A stretch of 64,000 nucleotides of DNA from Saccostrea echinata (GCF_033153115.1 NW_026889779.1:7316001-7380000), one strand, 5' to 3'; shown: positions 26,154-38,487, counted from the first letter of the stretch. A program made the numbers and translations. Notes: a model not told the origin generated them from the sequence alone.

Positions 26154-27190
26154 TTTTAGCTCATCTGAGCCAAAGAACAGCAAAGTCAAGATTAGTCACA
26201 TTTGTATGGAAGCATCCTCAGGTAGTGTAGATTCAGTTTTGTGCAAATAATAACTCCCTGGGGTAGGATGGGGCCACTATAGGCGATCAAATTTTTACGT
26301 AGGAAATATCTTGAAAATTCTTCTTATCACGAGCAGAAAGTCTGGATTAGACATACTAGTATTTGTATTGAAGAATCCCCAGGTAGTATATTCAATTTTG
26401 TTCATATCATGAAACCCAGGGGTTTGCTGTGACCAATATGGGCAATTAAAGTTTTAGTTTTACATAGTAATAAAAAGGTAAAATCTTCAAAATTCATCTT
26501 CTCAAGAACAGTAAACTCATTATTAGTCATATTTGTATGGAAGCATCCTCAGGTATTGCAGATTCAGTTTTGTTTAAATCTTTGGTGGGGCAACTATGGG
26601 CGATAGAAGTTTTAAATAGGAATACATAGGAAAAATCTTAAAAATTCTTCTTCTCAAGAACAGCACAGCCAGGATAAGTTATATTTGTATGGAAGCTTCC
26701 TCAGGTATTGTAGATTCGGGTTTCCTCAAATCATGAACTCAGATAGTATTGTGTAGACTCATGACCGTCGCCCGCTGGCACAGCCTTTGCTCTAGAGTCG
26801 CGGTGTAAGGAGTTGATCCTTACGTCGCGGATTCGAATCCCATTGCGGGACGTGGAGATTGGTCCTTCGGATAAGACCGTACAAATCAAGGTCCCGTGTC
26901 GCAGTAGGTGCTGGCACGAAAAAAAATCCCTCACTGCTCAATGACCCTGAGTGCAGCTCTCCACCGGCAAGTAGTGGCGTCTCCATATGGCCATGATTGG
27001 TGATGAATACACAGGAGGAGTCTTTTTTCTAGGGAACAGCAAAGCCATGATTAGTCATTTTTACATGGAAGCAACCTCAGATTCAAATTTGTTAAAATCA
27101 TGACACCTGGAGATAGAGTGGGGCTGAGGTAGGGTCGGGTCGCAATATCTTATCCTAATTTTACATACATGTAGGAATATATGGGGTCTG
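26154..27190 (+). repeat. Cg170-like HINE satellite array with a nested SINE
   Basis: TTTTAGCTCATCTGAGCC start, then repeated GGAAGCATCCTCAGGTAGTGTAGATTC monomers. Confidence 0.82.
26763..26990 (+). mobile_element. SINE with a different tRNA-like head and the same Deu-like core, 3'-truncated, inside a satellite array
   Basis: TGGCACAG and GGATTCGAATCC boxes, then TTCGGATAAGACC..GGTCCCGTGTC..TCCCTCACTGCTCAATG. Confidence 0.75.
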
Positions 27191-27602
27191 CTGATTCAGA
27201 TCTCGAGATTGATAAAACTATTGCATCGTAGAAATCAAGCTGCAATTTTTGTGCATGGCAGTCTTACACGCTGTAGTTGAATGGCCGGGGTGGGGTGTTC
27301 TAACAGCCATGTGTTGCTTTCTAAAGTAAAAAGATATTCATTTAAAATGTTTATCAAATCTCTGATGTTTTTAAATCGAGTTTTACCTTACTGTATTCAT
27401 TTTTGAAAATCATAAGATAAAAATATTTTGTAGATTACTACTTGTTGCGTTTCTTTTGCGTTTCAGTATACTTAAAAGTGCAAAACACAACCTCAAGCCC
27501 GTTGCAGTTGTGGACACACTTAATTCTGGCCAAAATATGATTCTACGCCTATATTCTGTACACGTCTTTTATTTTGTTATATTTCATGGTCGTTTTTAAT
27601 TT

Positions 27603-28205
27603 TAAATTTACAAAATGAGTCAAAATCATGTGTTTCTTTTAAGATAATTGTATCATAAAACAAAAGACTTTATGTGAAATATGAATAAAGCGAAGTGTTG
27701 TCAACTCAGCTGCACTGTAAAGCAAGAAAAGAAGTGCAAAACGTAAGTGCCGGAAAAACAAAGGTTTTATCTACCCCTTAGTTGTTATCGTGAATATCAA
27801 CAATGTCAAGGTCACGCACTTTTATTTTTAGCGTGAAACTTGTAAACAACATTGAATTTGGAGCAAGCAGAAGTAGTGAGGAATAAGTTCTGATCATCTT
27901 TATTGAAGATTGTATCAAAATCCTCGGTCATCCGATATTTATATCTATGGAATTGACACCATGGTAAATCCTTCAACTTTTCTGCGCATGCGTACAATAA
28001 AGAGGAAGAAGTGAAGCAATATTTTTGTGTTGGGGCAAACAAAAATTATATTTACTTTTATTTTTCTCCAAAAAAGTAGATTTTTAGGTTCTGAAACGTA
28101 TAATTTTCTGAAACCTAATATCTTCAAGAATTGAACAAAATTTGCATGTGTCAACAAAAATTCTACTTTTGTCAGTTTTAAATTTTTTCCGTCACGGTGT
28201 ATCTA
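27603..28205 (-). mobile_element. Dispersed repeat of about 600 bp, Kolobok-like, copy B
   Basis: Reverse complement of 10955-11552. Absent from the paralogous site near 15140. Confidence 0.75.
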
Positions 28206-28254
28206 AATTCTTCATATTAAATGTTAGTGATTTATGAAATGATTTGTTGAAAAC

Positions 28255-28820
28255 TATGGTGTCCGGATAGGGCCATTTGCAAAAGCTCAACAGCGCGTTC
28301 AGAAAAACACGCCGTCGCGCTGACACACAACACGCTGTCACGCTAACACAAGTTCGCACAACACGCCGTCGCGCTAACACACAACACGCTGTCACGCTAT
28401 CACACAACACGCCGTCGCGCTAACGCAACTTTACACAACACGCTGTCGCGCTGTCACACAGCTCGCTAACACAACTTTGTGATAGCGCGAATGCGAGTTG
28501 TGTGTTAGCGCGACGGCGTGTTGCTTGAAAGCGTGTTAGCACGACGGCGTGTTGTGCGAACTTGTGTTAGCGTGACAGCGTGTTGTGTGTAATCGCGACG
28601 GCGTGTTGTGCGAACTTGTGTTAGCGTGACAGTGTGTTGTATGTAATCGCGACGGCGTGTTGTGCGAACTTGTGTTAGCGTGACAGCGCGTTGTGTGTTA
28701 GCGCGACAGCGTGTTGTGCGAACTTGTGTTAGCGTGACAGCGTGTTGTGTGTTAGCGCGACGGCGCTTTTTTCTGAACACGCTGTTGAGCTTTTGCAAAT
28801 GGCCCTATCCGCACACCATA
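28255..28820. mobile_element. Palindromic non-autonomous DNA transposon (IS3EU-like termini), copy 1
   Basis: TATGGTGTCCGGATAGGGCCATTTGC ... GCAAATGGCCCTATCCGCACACCATA. Arms are built of about 54-bp CGCGCTAACACACAACACG subrepeats. Confidence 0.82.
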
Positions 28821-29320
28821 GGTTTGCACTGTCCATCTAATCTCGACAGCAAAAATATCCATATGCTTTATCTTTGTCATCGTTATCAAGCTTGGAAGTT
28901 CCAAAACCAGTTCCACTGTGACAAAAATATGTAGGCAGTTATCATCTCGCCGTGTGATTCGGTCACGCTATGACCTCTGACCCCGTAATAACTCCGCTCC
29001 CATATGAGTACAATGGCAAAGTCCATGGTATGCTATTAATATTGGAATGCCCAAATATGTGTCCAATTAAAATGTGATGTACAGTGGCACTATGTAATAC
29101 AGATTCAGTCTCTTTATACTTTATTTAGTGGTATAGGAGGAGTTGCAGTTAAGAGATGGGTACTCCCAGAGTAATGGACGGACGGACATCCCCATTTCGG
29201 GGGATATAAATACTGTATAGCAATCCATTGAAAATCATTGGGAAACCCGAGGTTAATAACAATCAACACGATCAAAGTAAGAACATGAAAAGATTAAATA
29301 TTGTAAATTTCTTTGTTTTC

Positions 29321-29889
29321 TATGGTGTCCGGATAGGGCCATTTGCGAAAGCTCAACAGCGCGTTCAAAAAAAACACGATGTCGCGCTAACACACAACAC
29401 GCTGTCACGCTAACAAAAGTTCGCACAACACGCCATCGCGCTAACACACAACGCGCTGTCACGTTAACACAAGTTCGCACAACACGCCGTCGCGATTACA
29501 CACAACACGATGTCACGCTAACACAAGTTCACACAACACGCCGTCGCGCTAACACGCTTTCAAGCAACACTCCGTCGCGCTAACACACAACTCGCATTCG
29601 CGCTATCACAAAGTTGTGTTAGCGAGTTGTGTGACAGCGCGACAGCGTGTTGTGTAAAGTTGCATTAGCGCAACGGCGTGTTGTGTGTTAGCGTGACAGC
29701 GTGTTGTGTGTAATCGCGACGGCGTGTTGTGCAAACTTGTGTTAGCGTGACAGCGCGTTGTGTGTTAGCGCGACGGCGTGTTGTGCGAACTTGTGTTAGC
29801 GTGACAGCATGTTGTGTGTTAGCGCGACATCGTGTTTTTTTTTGAACGCGCTGTTGAGCTTTTGCAAATGGCCCTATCCGGACACCATA
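29321..29889. mobile_element. Palindromic non-autonomous DNA transposon (IS3EU-like termini), copy 2, inverted relative to copy 1
   Basis: Same TIRs as copy 1. The central asymmetric spacer is the reverse complement of that in copy 1. Confidence 0.82.
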
Positions 29890-31095
29890 GTAGTAATTGC
29901 TATATAAAAAAAAGCGTGTTATTTAGATTTATTAATTATTGCCATTTTCCTCTGTTTGTTTTGTCAATTTTATTTAAAGATTGAAAATCTTAAATATATT
30001 CAAGTTTGAAATAGAAGACACTTACTCTGCTTTCAACTTCAATATTGCATTTTTTACGGTGGCACCTCGGGGTGACATATGCTTCTGCCTGTAATTACAA
30101 TATTTCCTGTTCATTTTCCACCCTGTCTTCCATCGGAGAATGAGTCAAAATACAGGCAGTCTTTACATGTACCGACATTATTGCAATAATCAAATATAAT
30201 TGATATCGTAAATTTCTCTTTAATTGAGAAATGTTTGACTGGATTTGCTCTAACTTGGCTTTCGAATACTTTTTCCTCCATTTGCTTTATCTGCCCAGGT
30301 GTCGCTTTGTGTTTCAATTGACCTGTAAAGTAAAGGTTCGCTTTTGAGTTCAAAATCCTTCAAATTGTATTTCACTGAACAATCCTTCTATTTGAGTTTT
30401 TTTTTTCTTTTGCATTCGTGATATTACTATATACAAGAAGACACAGAGTTTTATTGTTTTATTTCTTTTGTGTTTAGCTAGAAACCACCTTCATCATTCA
30501 CTTTTTACTCATGTTTCTCCTTTGATGCAGCCTGTATGGAAAACTAATTCACTATTCATTTTGAAATTGTACTGTTGTTCCTTTTTCTGTCAACAGTGCA
30601 TCTTTCCTTTTTAAGGACTGTAGACTTTGATCTTAATCTTAAAATGATTTTGTGAGAATCGTTACAAATTTTTCACAGACATTCTTTTCAAAATCTTCTT
30701 GTACGTATGAACATAGAAATTTCGATTTAATTGCGAACATTCTATGCACAGCTTACACGATATACTGAAGTCGTGATCCCTGGAAAAGGGATTTTATAGC
30801 AATATAAGGGCATTTCTTTTCATAAATCCAGCAAGCAAATACTGTGTTCATATTCAAGCCTTTTCATTATTTTCACAATAAAAATACTGATTTTTTTTCT
30901 CCAAAGCAAAAAAGACTCTACTTTATGTAATATTTATATCATGTATTTTTTTTTCAGATTAACTCTTAGTTCAGCTTTTGGTCAGCTGAGACCCTTTATA
31001 AGGGCAACGTGATTATTTCTATATACTTCATCTCCTTAGAATTCTGATACACGATAAGATAAGGTGTCTTTATGTCTAAGTTCAATCGCAGAAAA

Positions 31096-33276
31096 ATGGC
31101 GCCGGTAAAGATTCAACATGTACATGAAGTTGTCTTTTGTATTCTGTTATTTGCGTTTTCTTTCTGTTGCGCTTCAAACGCCAAAGAAGACTCAAGCATG
31201 CAATCTCAAATAACCCTAATGCAAAAATCTTTGACCATTCTTCACGAAACCGTTGAACGTCAAAACATCCGTATCAGTAAACTTGAGAATGACAATAGAA
31301 GACAGGAGGAACATATCAAAGAACTGTTGTCAGTGATTCAAAATTGTGAAAGGAAGAAAAAAGACGACAAGAACTCTGTGAACGATTCTACATCAACGAT
31401 GATGAAAGGAAACAATCAAAATCGTCAAATGAGTGGGTCAAAAAGGAATTTCATAACCAGTAAATATTACCTTTGCGTTGTTCATACTCTTAGATCGAAC
31501 AAATACTGTGTTACATGTACCTAATTTTTTTTCAAATCTATCTGCACGGGTTTAAAACAGCTGCCATGTTTTGATTTTTGTATTCATACGTTTTAACTTT
31601 TTAGTCGGGTACACTATAAGAAGGGAGAGGGTGTGGGGCTCTAACTCTGTTCTACAGAATATAGATGAATCATTTTAGATATATCTTATAAATCGCATCA
31701 GAAAACTAAAATGCAAAATGTGAATTATCTATCCTTCCATTTTCTGTAGATCGGAATTGATAAAAAAAAAAAAAAAAAAAAAAAAAGTAGAAAAATTACC
31801 GGTACTTGAAAAATTTGTTTTGATTCCAGCTGACAAATCTTGTAAAAATATACATGTAATCTTTGTTTGTAAGGCTCATTATTATAATTTTCATTTCATA
31901 TCTGGTATAAAATTCAACCTTTACTCAAAGTCCCCTTTCAATTTAAAAAATGACATTTTTAACATCAGCTTTCAGTTTTAAATACAATGTACTTTTAAAT
32001 CCCAGTCAATGGAAGTGAGGTTGATTTACCGTACCTATACTGGATTCTAAAACTTAGTAAAATTCCCAACAAAGAAAGACATATTGCAGGGTCTAGTATA
32101 CAGCTTATGATCAACCAAACCTTTATCCTTACTCTTCACCAAAATATTAACAGCAGCGAAGGAGAAACTTCAAACGTGCTAGTACTGTGCCACAATATAC
32201 TCAAGACGTCGTGTAAATCAAATGTGGATTCTAAATAAACTTCAAAACTTTTGGAAAATTTAAAATATGATTTTTTTTCAAACGTCAACATCATAGACAA
32301 ATTATTCCTCAATAAAAATGGAACTCGTAAATTTTCATATCTTGTGATTGGTCATCTACAAAATTAATTTATTATAAAAATATTCTGATTCTACATGAAT
32401 AGAATTTCAAATAGAATTCACATAAAAGAATAGCCGTTTAGCAAGGTTCGTTTATTTGAGGTCTTGCGATGATTAAAATACCAATGAATTTTTTATCATG
32501 TTTGTCTTTCGTTTGATATATCTCGGAGTAGATCTCAAAATTAATGAAATTTTTTTTTATAGAGAATTTTTTATCACATGTGTACATAAACCATGCTTTA
32601 TTTAAACTTCACATACTGTCATAAAGCAAAATTACAGACAATATTACTTTAAAACTGATATCATCTTAGTCAAAACTGTAAAATTTGGTTATTATAACTG
32701 TCTTTCCTTACAGTAGTTCCTAGTTGTATAAATTTAAAGCTACACAGGTAATTTAAATTAGAACTTCAGACAACATGTATAATCTAATGTTATTCTTCAA
32801 ACATCTATGTCATGTTGCTTTCAGAACGCCTTCTCTCACCGCCCTCAAGCTCACCTCCCCCATCGCAGGATTTTGTTGCTTTTTATGCCAGGATGTCAGT
32901 TACGGAAAAAGTCCCAAGTGGACACCATATCCTTGTCTTTGATAATGTGGTCACAAATATTGGACATGGTTACAATGGAGTTGACGGCATTTTTACTGCC
33001 CCAAAAGATGGAGTTTATGTTTTTATTTGGGTTATACGATTATATGAAGCTCAGCATTCCACGCAGCTCATGATCAACAATGTTGAGTATGGATCAACTC
33101 ACCTTCGCGCTATGAATAATGATGATGGATCTGTGAGTGGAAACGTTGTCGCGCATGTCAACAAAGGAGATGTAGTGTTTGTCCGTGTGTACCCTTATAG
33201 CGGATACATTGGAAGCGGAAATATCATCAGCAATGAACATGGAAAACCGTCGTTTTCCGGGTGGTTTCTGCAATAG
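31096..33276 (+). CDS. Secreted C1q-domain-containing protein 3 (diverged paralog)
   Basis: Exons 31096-31459 (alternative ATG at 31072) and 32825-33276, with a phase-1 junction giving ITKRLLSP. Signal peptide VVFCILLFAFSFCCA, coiled coil, and gC1q motifs VAFYA...FTAPKDGVYVF...SFSGWFL. Confidence 0.92.
31800..32390 (+). mobile_element. Decayed Naiad-like RT fragment in the intron of C1q gene 3
   Basis: FVLIPADKSCKNI..FVCKAHYY, with nucleotide similarity to about 20640-21270 (reverse complement). Confidence 0.8.
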
Positions 33277-33482
33277 ACTCTGATTGGTTTTTGAACACAT
33301 CTGATAAATACACAATTGTAATATATTCAGTCTCAAATTTTGACTGTGTTTAGGTCACCTTTAATTTTCTCTGTAATTTTGTGATATTTGTTAATTCACC
33401 TAAGCTGAAGGTTCAGGTATGCTTTTCTGATCCAAATTTGTCCGTAAGCTGTCGTTGTTGTCAGAAGCTTTTCTCATTTTCG

Positions 33483-34029
33483 TATGACAAACAAGATGAA
33501 TTCAACTTTTCCATCGGCAACTTTCCTTATTTATGAAATAATATCCTGCTATCATCTGTATACGGTATTTACATCTCCCAAATTATTCGATACTCAAAAG
33601 CATGCTCCTAGTACGATCACCTTTTTAACCGAGGCAGGCTACTGACACATAAGTTGAAGTTACATGTAAAGGGATTTCAACAACCTCCTTTAAAAGTCGG
33701 CATTTCGTAAAGTCCTTTATCGTCATAATGACCTTGTTAGCAAATATAGCTCATCATTGGGTCGCATTTTGGCTGACTTGTTTCATATCAATTGTTAGGC
33801 CTTTGTTTTATGCCGAAATTGACTACGGAATGTTCCGTCTACCTGATCAATACATAGGGCTCACGGCGGGCGTGACCGGTCAACAGGGGATGCTTGCTCC
33901 TCCTAGGCACCTGATTCCACCTATGGAATTTTCAGGGGTCCATGTTTTTATGCTCTCTTCACAGATTTGTATAATTATTGATAGATTTTCTGAGGTCGAA
34001 GACTGTTCGTTATCTTCACCTTTTTCCAT
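33483..34029 (+). mobile_element. Naiad-like 3' fragment (RT thumb plus 3' UTR) nested in a satellite-bearing element
   Basis: Decayed YDK.DEFNFSI.NFP.L...YG.YISQI coding, followed by the conserved CACGGCGGG...GGCACCTGA motif. Confidence 0.82.
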
Positions 34030-34522
34030 CTCCAGAACCAGAAGGCCAAACTTCAACCAAACGAAAAAAATGGGGGTCAGCATCCTTTTCCAAGGGGGGA
34101 TGATTAAGAATTAATTCTAAATCGGGTTGGGTCATTTAAAAAAAAGTTCTCAAGAACCACTGAGTCAGAAAAGATGAAACTTATACGTAAGCTTCCTGGC
34201 ATAAGTTAAATTCAAGTTTTTCCAATTCATGACCCTCGGAGGTAGAGTGGGGCCACTATGTATGATCAAAGTTTTACATAAGAAATCATAGGAAAAAATC
34301 TTTAAGAATCTCCTTCTCAAGAACAGCAAAGCCATGATTAGTCATTTTTATGTGGAAGCATCCTCAGGTAGTGTGGATTCAAATTTGTTCAAATCAAAAT
34401 CCCCAGGTATAGGAGAGGGCCACAATGGGCTATCAAAGTTTTCACTAGGAATACCGGTATTTAGGAAAAGTTTCTTCTTTAGAACAGCGAAGCCATGGTA
34501 ATCATATTTATATATATATATA

Positions 34523-35609
34523 GGCTGCATTTCGTTTCCGGAATTTTTATAAATATTCAACTTTTCATTACCGACATTTTGTAGTTTGCCGACATTTTAA
34601 AGTTTCATCTCCTGCATTTATCTTAAAGGCAATGAAAACAGAATTGAAGAATTTCCTTATTTAAAAAAAATTGAAAGAATAAATCATAAAGTCACCGACA
34701 TATAAATCAGTGGATATAAAATTTGATGAACAAAAATTGCACAGTCATTTAACTCATGAAAAACTTTTTAACTGGACTAAGTACTGCATTTAAAATACAG
34801 TGTATACATTTTTTTTAAATACAGTGTATATTTTTCTTCGAAAAATGTGATTTGGAATAAGTGCAATATTTATATTCTGTTAAAATTTTATTTCCGTCTA
34901 CTTGGTTACCATTAAGGAAATTCCACCCCCCTGTGATGTCATAGGTTTTAGCAAAAACTGTTATTATTTAAATTCATACCCATTAGAAAAATATCTTTCG
35001 AAAGAATGTTTTGCAATGGGTGTAATGAAAAATATTGTAAAGTTAAAGAGTTAAAAAATTGAATATTTTCCTTATTCAATCAATTATTTCATTCTTTAAA
35101 AATGTTGCTAAGGGCGGTAATTCCTGCTGACGTATCTTCATTCAGGCATTTTCTAAATTGTACTTCTAATATAAATTGGTTTCCCTGATATTCACAATTC
35201 AAACATATTTATAAAGTAGCAGTTATTTTTGGAACTTTCAGCATCGGAATTATGTATTTGAACCAGTTTTTACATAATTTTTATAATACTGTTTATTAAA
35301 ATATACGATTTTTTATGCTGACATACTTCTTGTTTATGAATGTCTTATGTCTTAAAAATATGGCAACCTATACATTTTTGGTGATTATTAATCAATTTAA
35401 ACTATATTCAGTGAAAATAAATGCAGTTTTTCTATTTTGAACCCATAAATTCATGAGGTTGGAAATACCTTAAATTGTCAAATAGGTAGTCAGGTGCCCT
35501 AAAAAAATTCCGGACATGTGAAAAAAAAAATAAATAAATAATAAATGTCGGAAATGAAAATAAAAATTTCGGAAATGCAATGCAAATTCCCGGAAATGAA
35601 TTGCAGCGT
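34523..35609. mobile_element. TIR element of about 1.1 kb inserted at a (TA)n run inside a HINE
   Basis: GGCTGCATTTCGTTTCCGGAATTT ... AAATTCCCGGAAATGAATTGCAGCG, with subterminal CCGACATTT / AAATGTCGG repeats. Confidence 0.65.
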
Positions 35610-36579
35610 TATTATATAATATGTAGCGTTAAATTCAAATGTTCAAATCATGACCCCAAGGGTGGGATGAGACCAGTATAGGCGATCCAAGTTGTACAAG
35701 AACAGCCTTATATATATTAGTCATATTCTCAGGCAGTGTAGATTCGTTTATTCAAATCATGATACCTGGGTGTAATGGCCACAATGTGTGGTCTGAATTT
35801 TACATAGGAATACGTAATTTAAGGGAAAATCTGCTGAAAAAGAACAGAAGGGTCATAGTGGCTCAGGCTTATTTGTGACCTAAGGGCCTCTTGCTAAATT
35901 TTGTTATGGATAATTACTGGTCCTAAATTCATTTCTATTTTACACTAGAGTATTCTAGTATGTAGCCCCGGCGCCCTTTTACACACGATGTGCAAATTTA
36001 ACATGTATGCAAATTTTTCTCCTGTGTGTATTTTGGCACATATGAAGGAGGAAAAGCAAGATTTGCACATGAGTAATTTTACTCCATGTGCAAAATTTAC
36101 ATGAAATGAGACTAGTTGCAAATTAATTTTATATATGAGTAATTTCTTCCTGTTTTTTTTCAGTCATATGAACTCTTCAGGGAAACATTCACACATATGC
36201 AAATATTGAAATTGTCATAAAACGACGCATCATTTCTCTGAAAAGGTGCATCATATTCTATATTGGAAAGAGCAGTGATACTATAGTGGCATATGTCTGC
36301 CCCCTAGATGCAAAAAAAATTATGTCATGCGAGAAAAGTATGATAACAAGCGAGATGATTAGGACTGCATGCATGATTATGATGTTGACATGCCAGTTAC
36401 TTATCATTTTAGAGAACCTGATTTTAATATGGGTAAAGCTCCTTACTTACTAACGCCAGTATCTGATGTCATATATCAAAGATGCAACATTTTAATGTTA
36501 ACATGCAATATAATTTTGTAGACAGGCGACTTATTTATGTCCACATGCGAGTTAATTAAGTAGCCAGAAACACCTTTTA

Positions 36580-37195
36580 ACTGGTAATGCACATGTCAAA
36601 TATGAAAGCACTATCTATTTTCAATCAAAAGTTATAAGCAAAGATAAAAAAAATTCGAAATTTAGGTCAAAATTCAAGGTCACGGGGTCAAGTGGGTTAA
36701 AAACCATAGTGTGTTTGGAAAGGTCTTGCCATAGGTAATACACGTCAAATATGAATGCCATATCTCTTCTCAACCAAAAGTTATAAGCAAAGATAAAATT
36801 TTTGAAAAGTAGGTCAAACTTCAGGGTAGAGGTCACGGGGTCAAAAATCATAGCATATTTGGAAAGGTCTTGTCACAGGTTATATACATAGAGAATATGA
36901 AAGCCCTATCTTTTCTCATTCAAAAGTTATTACCAATTTAAAGTAATATTAATTTTTGAAAAGTAGGACAAACTTCAAGGTCACGGGGTCAAAAATCATA
37001 GTATATTTGGAAAGGTCTTGTCACAGATAACGTACATCTGAAATATGAAAGCCCCATCTCTTCTCATTGAAAAGTTATGACCTAGGTTAAAGTTTTTGTG
37101 ACAAACGGACAGACTGACAGATGTACAGACTGACAGACAGACGAATGAGATTTAATGTCCCCTTGCTTTCGCGAATGCGGGGGGGGGGGGGGCAA
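36580..37195. repeat. HINE with AAGGTCA-type satellite monomers
   Basis: Repeated TCAAGGTCACGGGGTCAA and GGAAAGGTCTTGTCAC, then (GACA)n and a terminal hairpin. Confidence 0.8.
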
Positions 37196-37689
37196 AAATG
37201 GAATGCTTCAATACCAATACGTATACTCAACATGATCATACTGATCTGAAAAAGATTTTTTTCCCTGTAGATGTACATGTACAGTGGCTGCAACGTTATT
37301 GTTGAGAACATACATGAACGATCACGTTACACGAACGATTAACGCACGATTAAACCTGTTACACGAATGATCCTTCACGCACACGATTCTACACATTACA
37401 AGATCTTTCACGATTGCTAACGCAAACGCACGATTCCTCACGCAAAATAGTTAAAAATATTTAGGAGTGGATATTTTCAAAACTATACAAGGCTAAATAT
37501 AGTTATTTTAGATTACAAATTATTATTGATGCAATTCATCGACTTTGAAAAACTGAGAAAAAAAATTTAGAAATGGATATTTTTAAACTAAATAAGACTT
37601 AAGTTTTTTTTTTAGATCACTAATAATTATTAATTTATTCTCCAATTTTTTTTTATCTTTTCGAGACGATTGCTGTATGTTCTATCCGA

Positions 37690-38475
37690 TGATATAGGTG
37701 GGCCATGAGTTTTGATTCTATAAGATTTTGAGATATGCTGTAAGGGGGGACAAGATTTAAAAAAAAAAAATGGCATAAAAATGAAATAAAACTATGTCCG
37801 TCTTTCCAAGGGAGCCATGGTTTGAACAATCTTGATACACCTTGTAATGAAGCTTTCACCTAAGTTTCAACTTGCGTAGTGAGTCCTGAGAAGGTCTAGA
37901 CTACAAAGATATTTTTATCCTAGGTATTCCTGGGTAAAATTTTGATGTGGCCCCACCCTAGCCACCTGTCATGTATGATTGAACAAAATTTAACCTAAAC
38001 TACCTGAGGATGCTTAAACCTAAGTTTTAACTTTTCTCGCCCAGAGGTTCTTGAGAACAAAATTTTTAAAAGATGACATAAAGTTTTCACTTCTTCTTAA
38101 TTATATCCTCCTGGAAAAGAACTTGGTCCTTCGTTTGAACAAACTTGAATTACTTTTTTCCAAGGACGCTTTGCAGCAAATATGGTTGAAATTGGCCTCG
38201 TGGTGTTTGAGAAGAAGTCGAAAATGTGAAAAGTTAACAGAAGGACACCAGACAACATGTAATCAGAAAAGATCACTTGAGCCAAAAATTTAAAGTTTGT
38301 TCAAATAAAGAGTCTTGCACTCTTTACAGGGTATATAATGAAGAAAGGGAAAATAGGTTGGTGTCTTAAAAACTTTCTCCTAAAGAATCACTAGATCAAA
38401 AAAGATAATATATACTTTAAAGAAAGCTTCCTGGCATAGTTGTTCAAATCATCATGACATCTGGGAGTAGAGAGT
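37690..38475. repeat. Degenerate Cg170-like HINE pieces, minus then plus orientation
   Basis: ACTACCTGAGGATGCTT and AATCAGAAAAGATCACTTGAGCC are reverse complements of the 47951 element. Confidence 0.7.
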
Positions 38476-38487
38476 GTCTGCTGATGG

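Larger units (their letters stand above)
33393..35893 (+). repeat. Cg170-like HINE interrupted by a Naiad fragment and a TIR element
   Basis: Left end 33393-33482, monomers 34030-34515 and 35610-35860, right end GGGCCTCTTG at about 35893. Confidence 0.75.

Noticed and set aside
28255-29889. Regular GC-rich repeats resembling a CRISPR array, or repetitive ORFs (RTTRRR..)
   Set aside because: No unique spacers or cas genes. The units form the two arms of TIR-bounded palindromes, and the ORFs are by-products.
31800-34029. C1q-3 exon 2 apparently captured inside one Naiad (collinear fragments on both sides)
   Set aside because: The downstream fragment is nested in a separate HINE, and the two-exon structure is shared with genes 1 and 2, so these are independent insertions.
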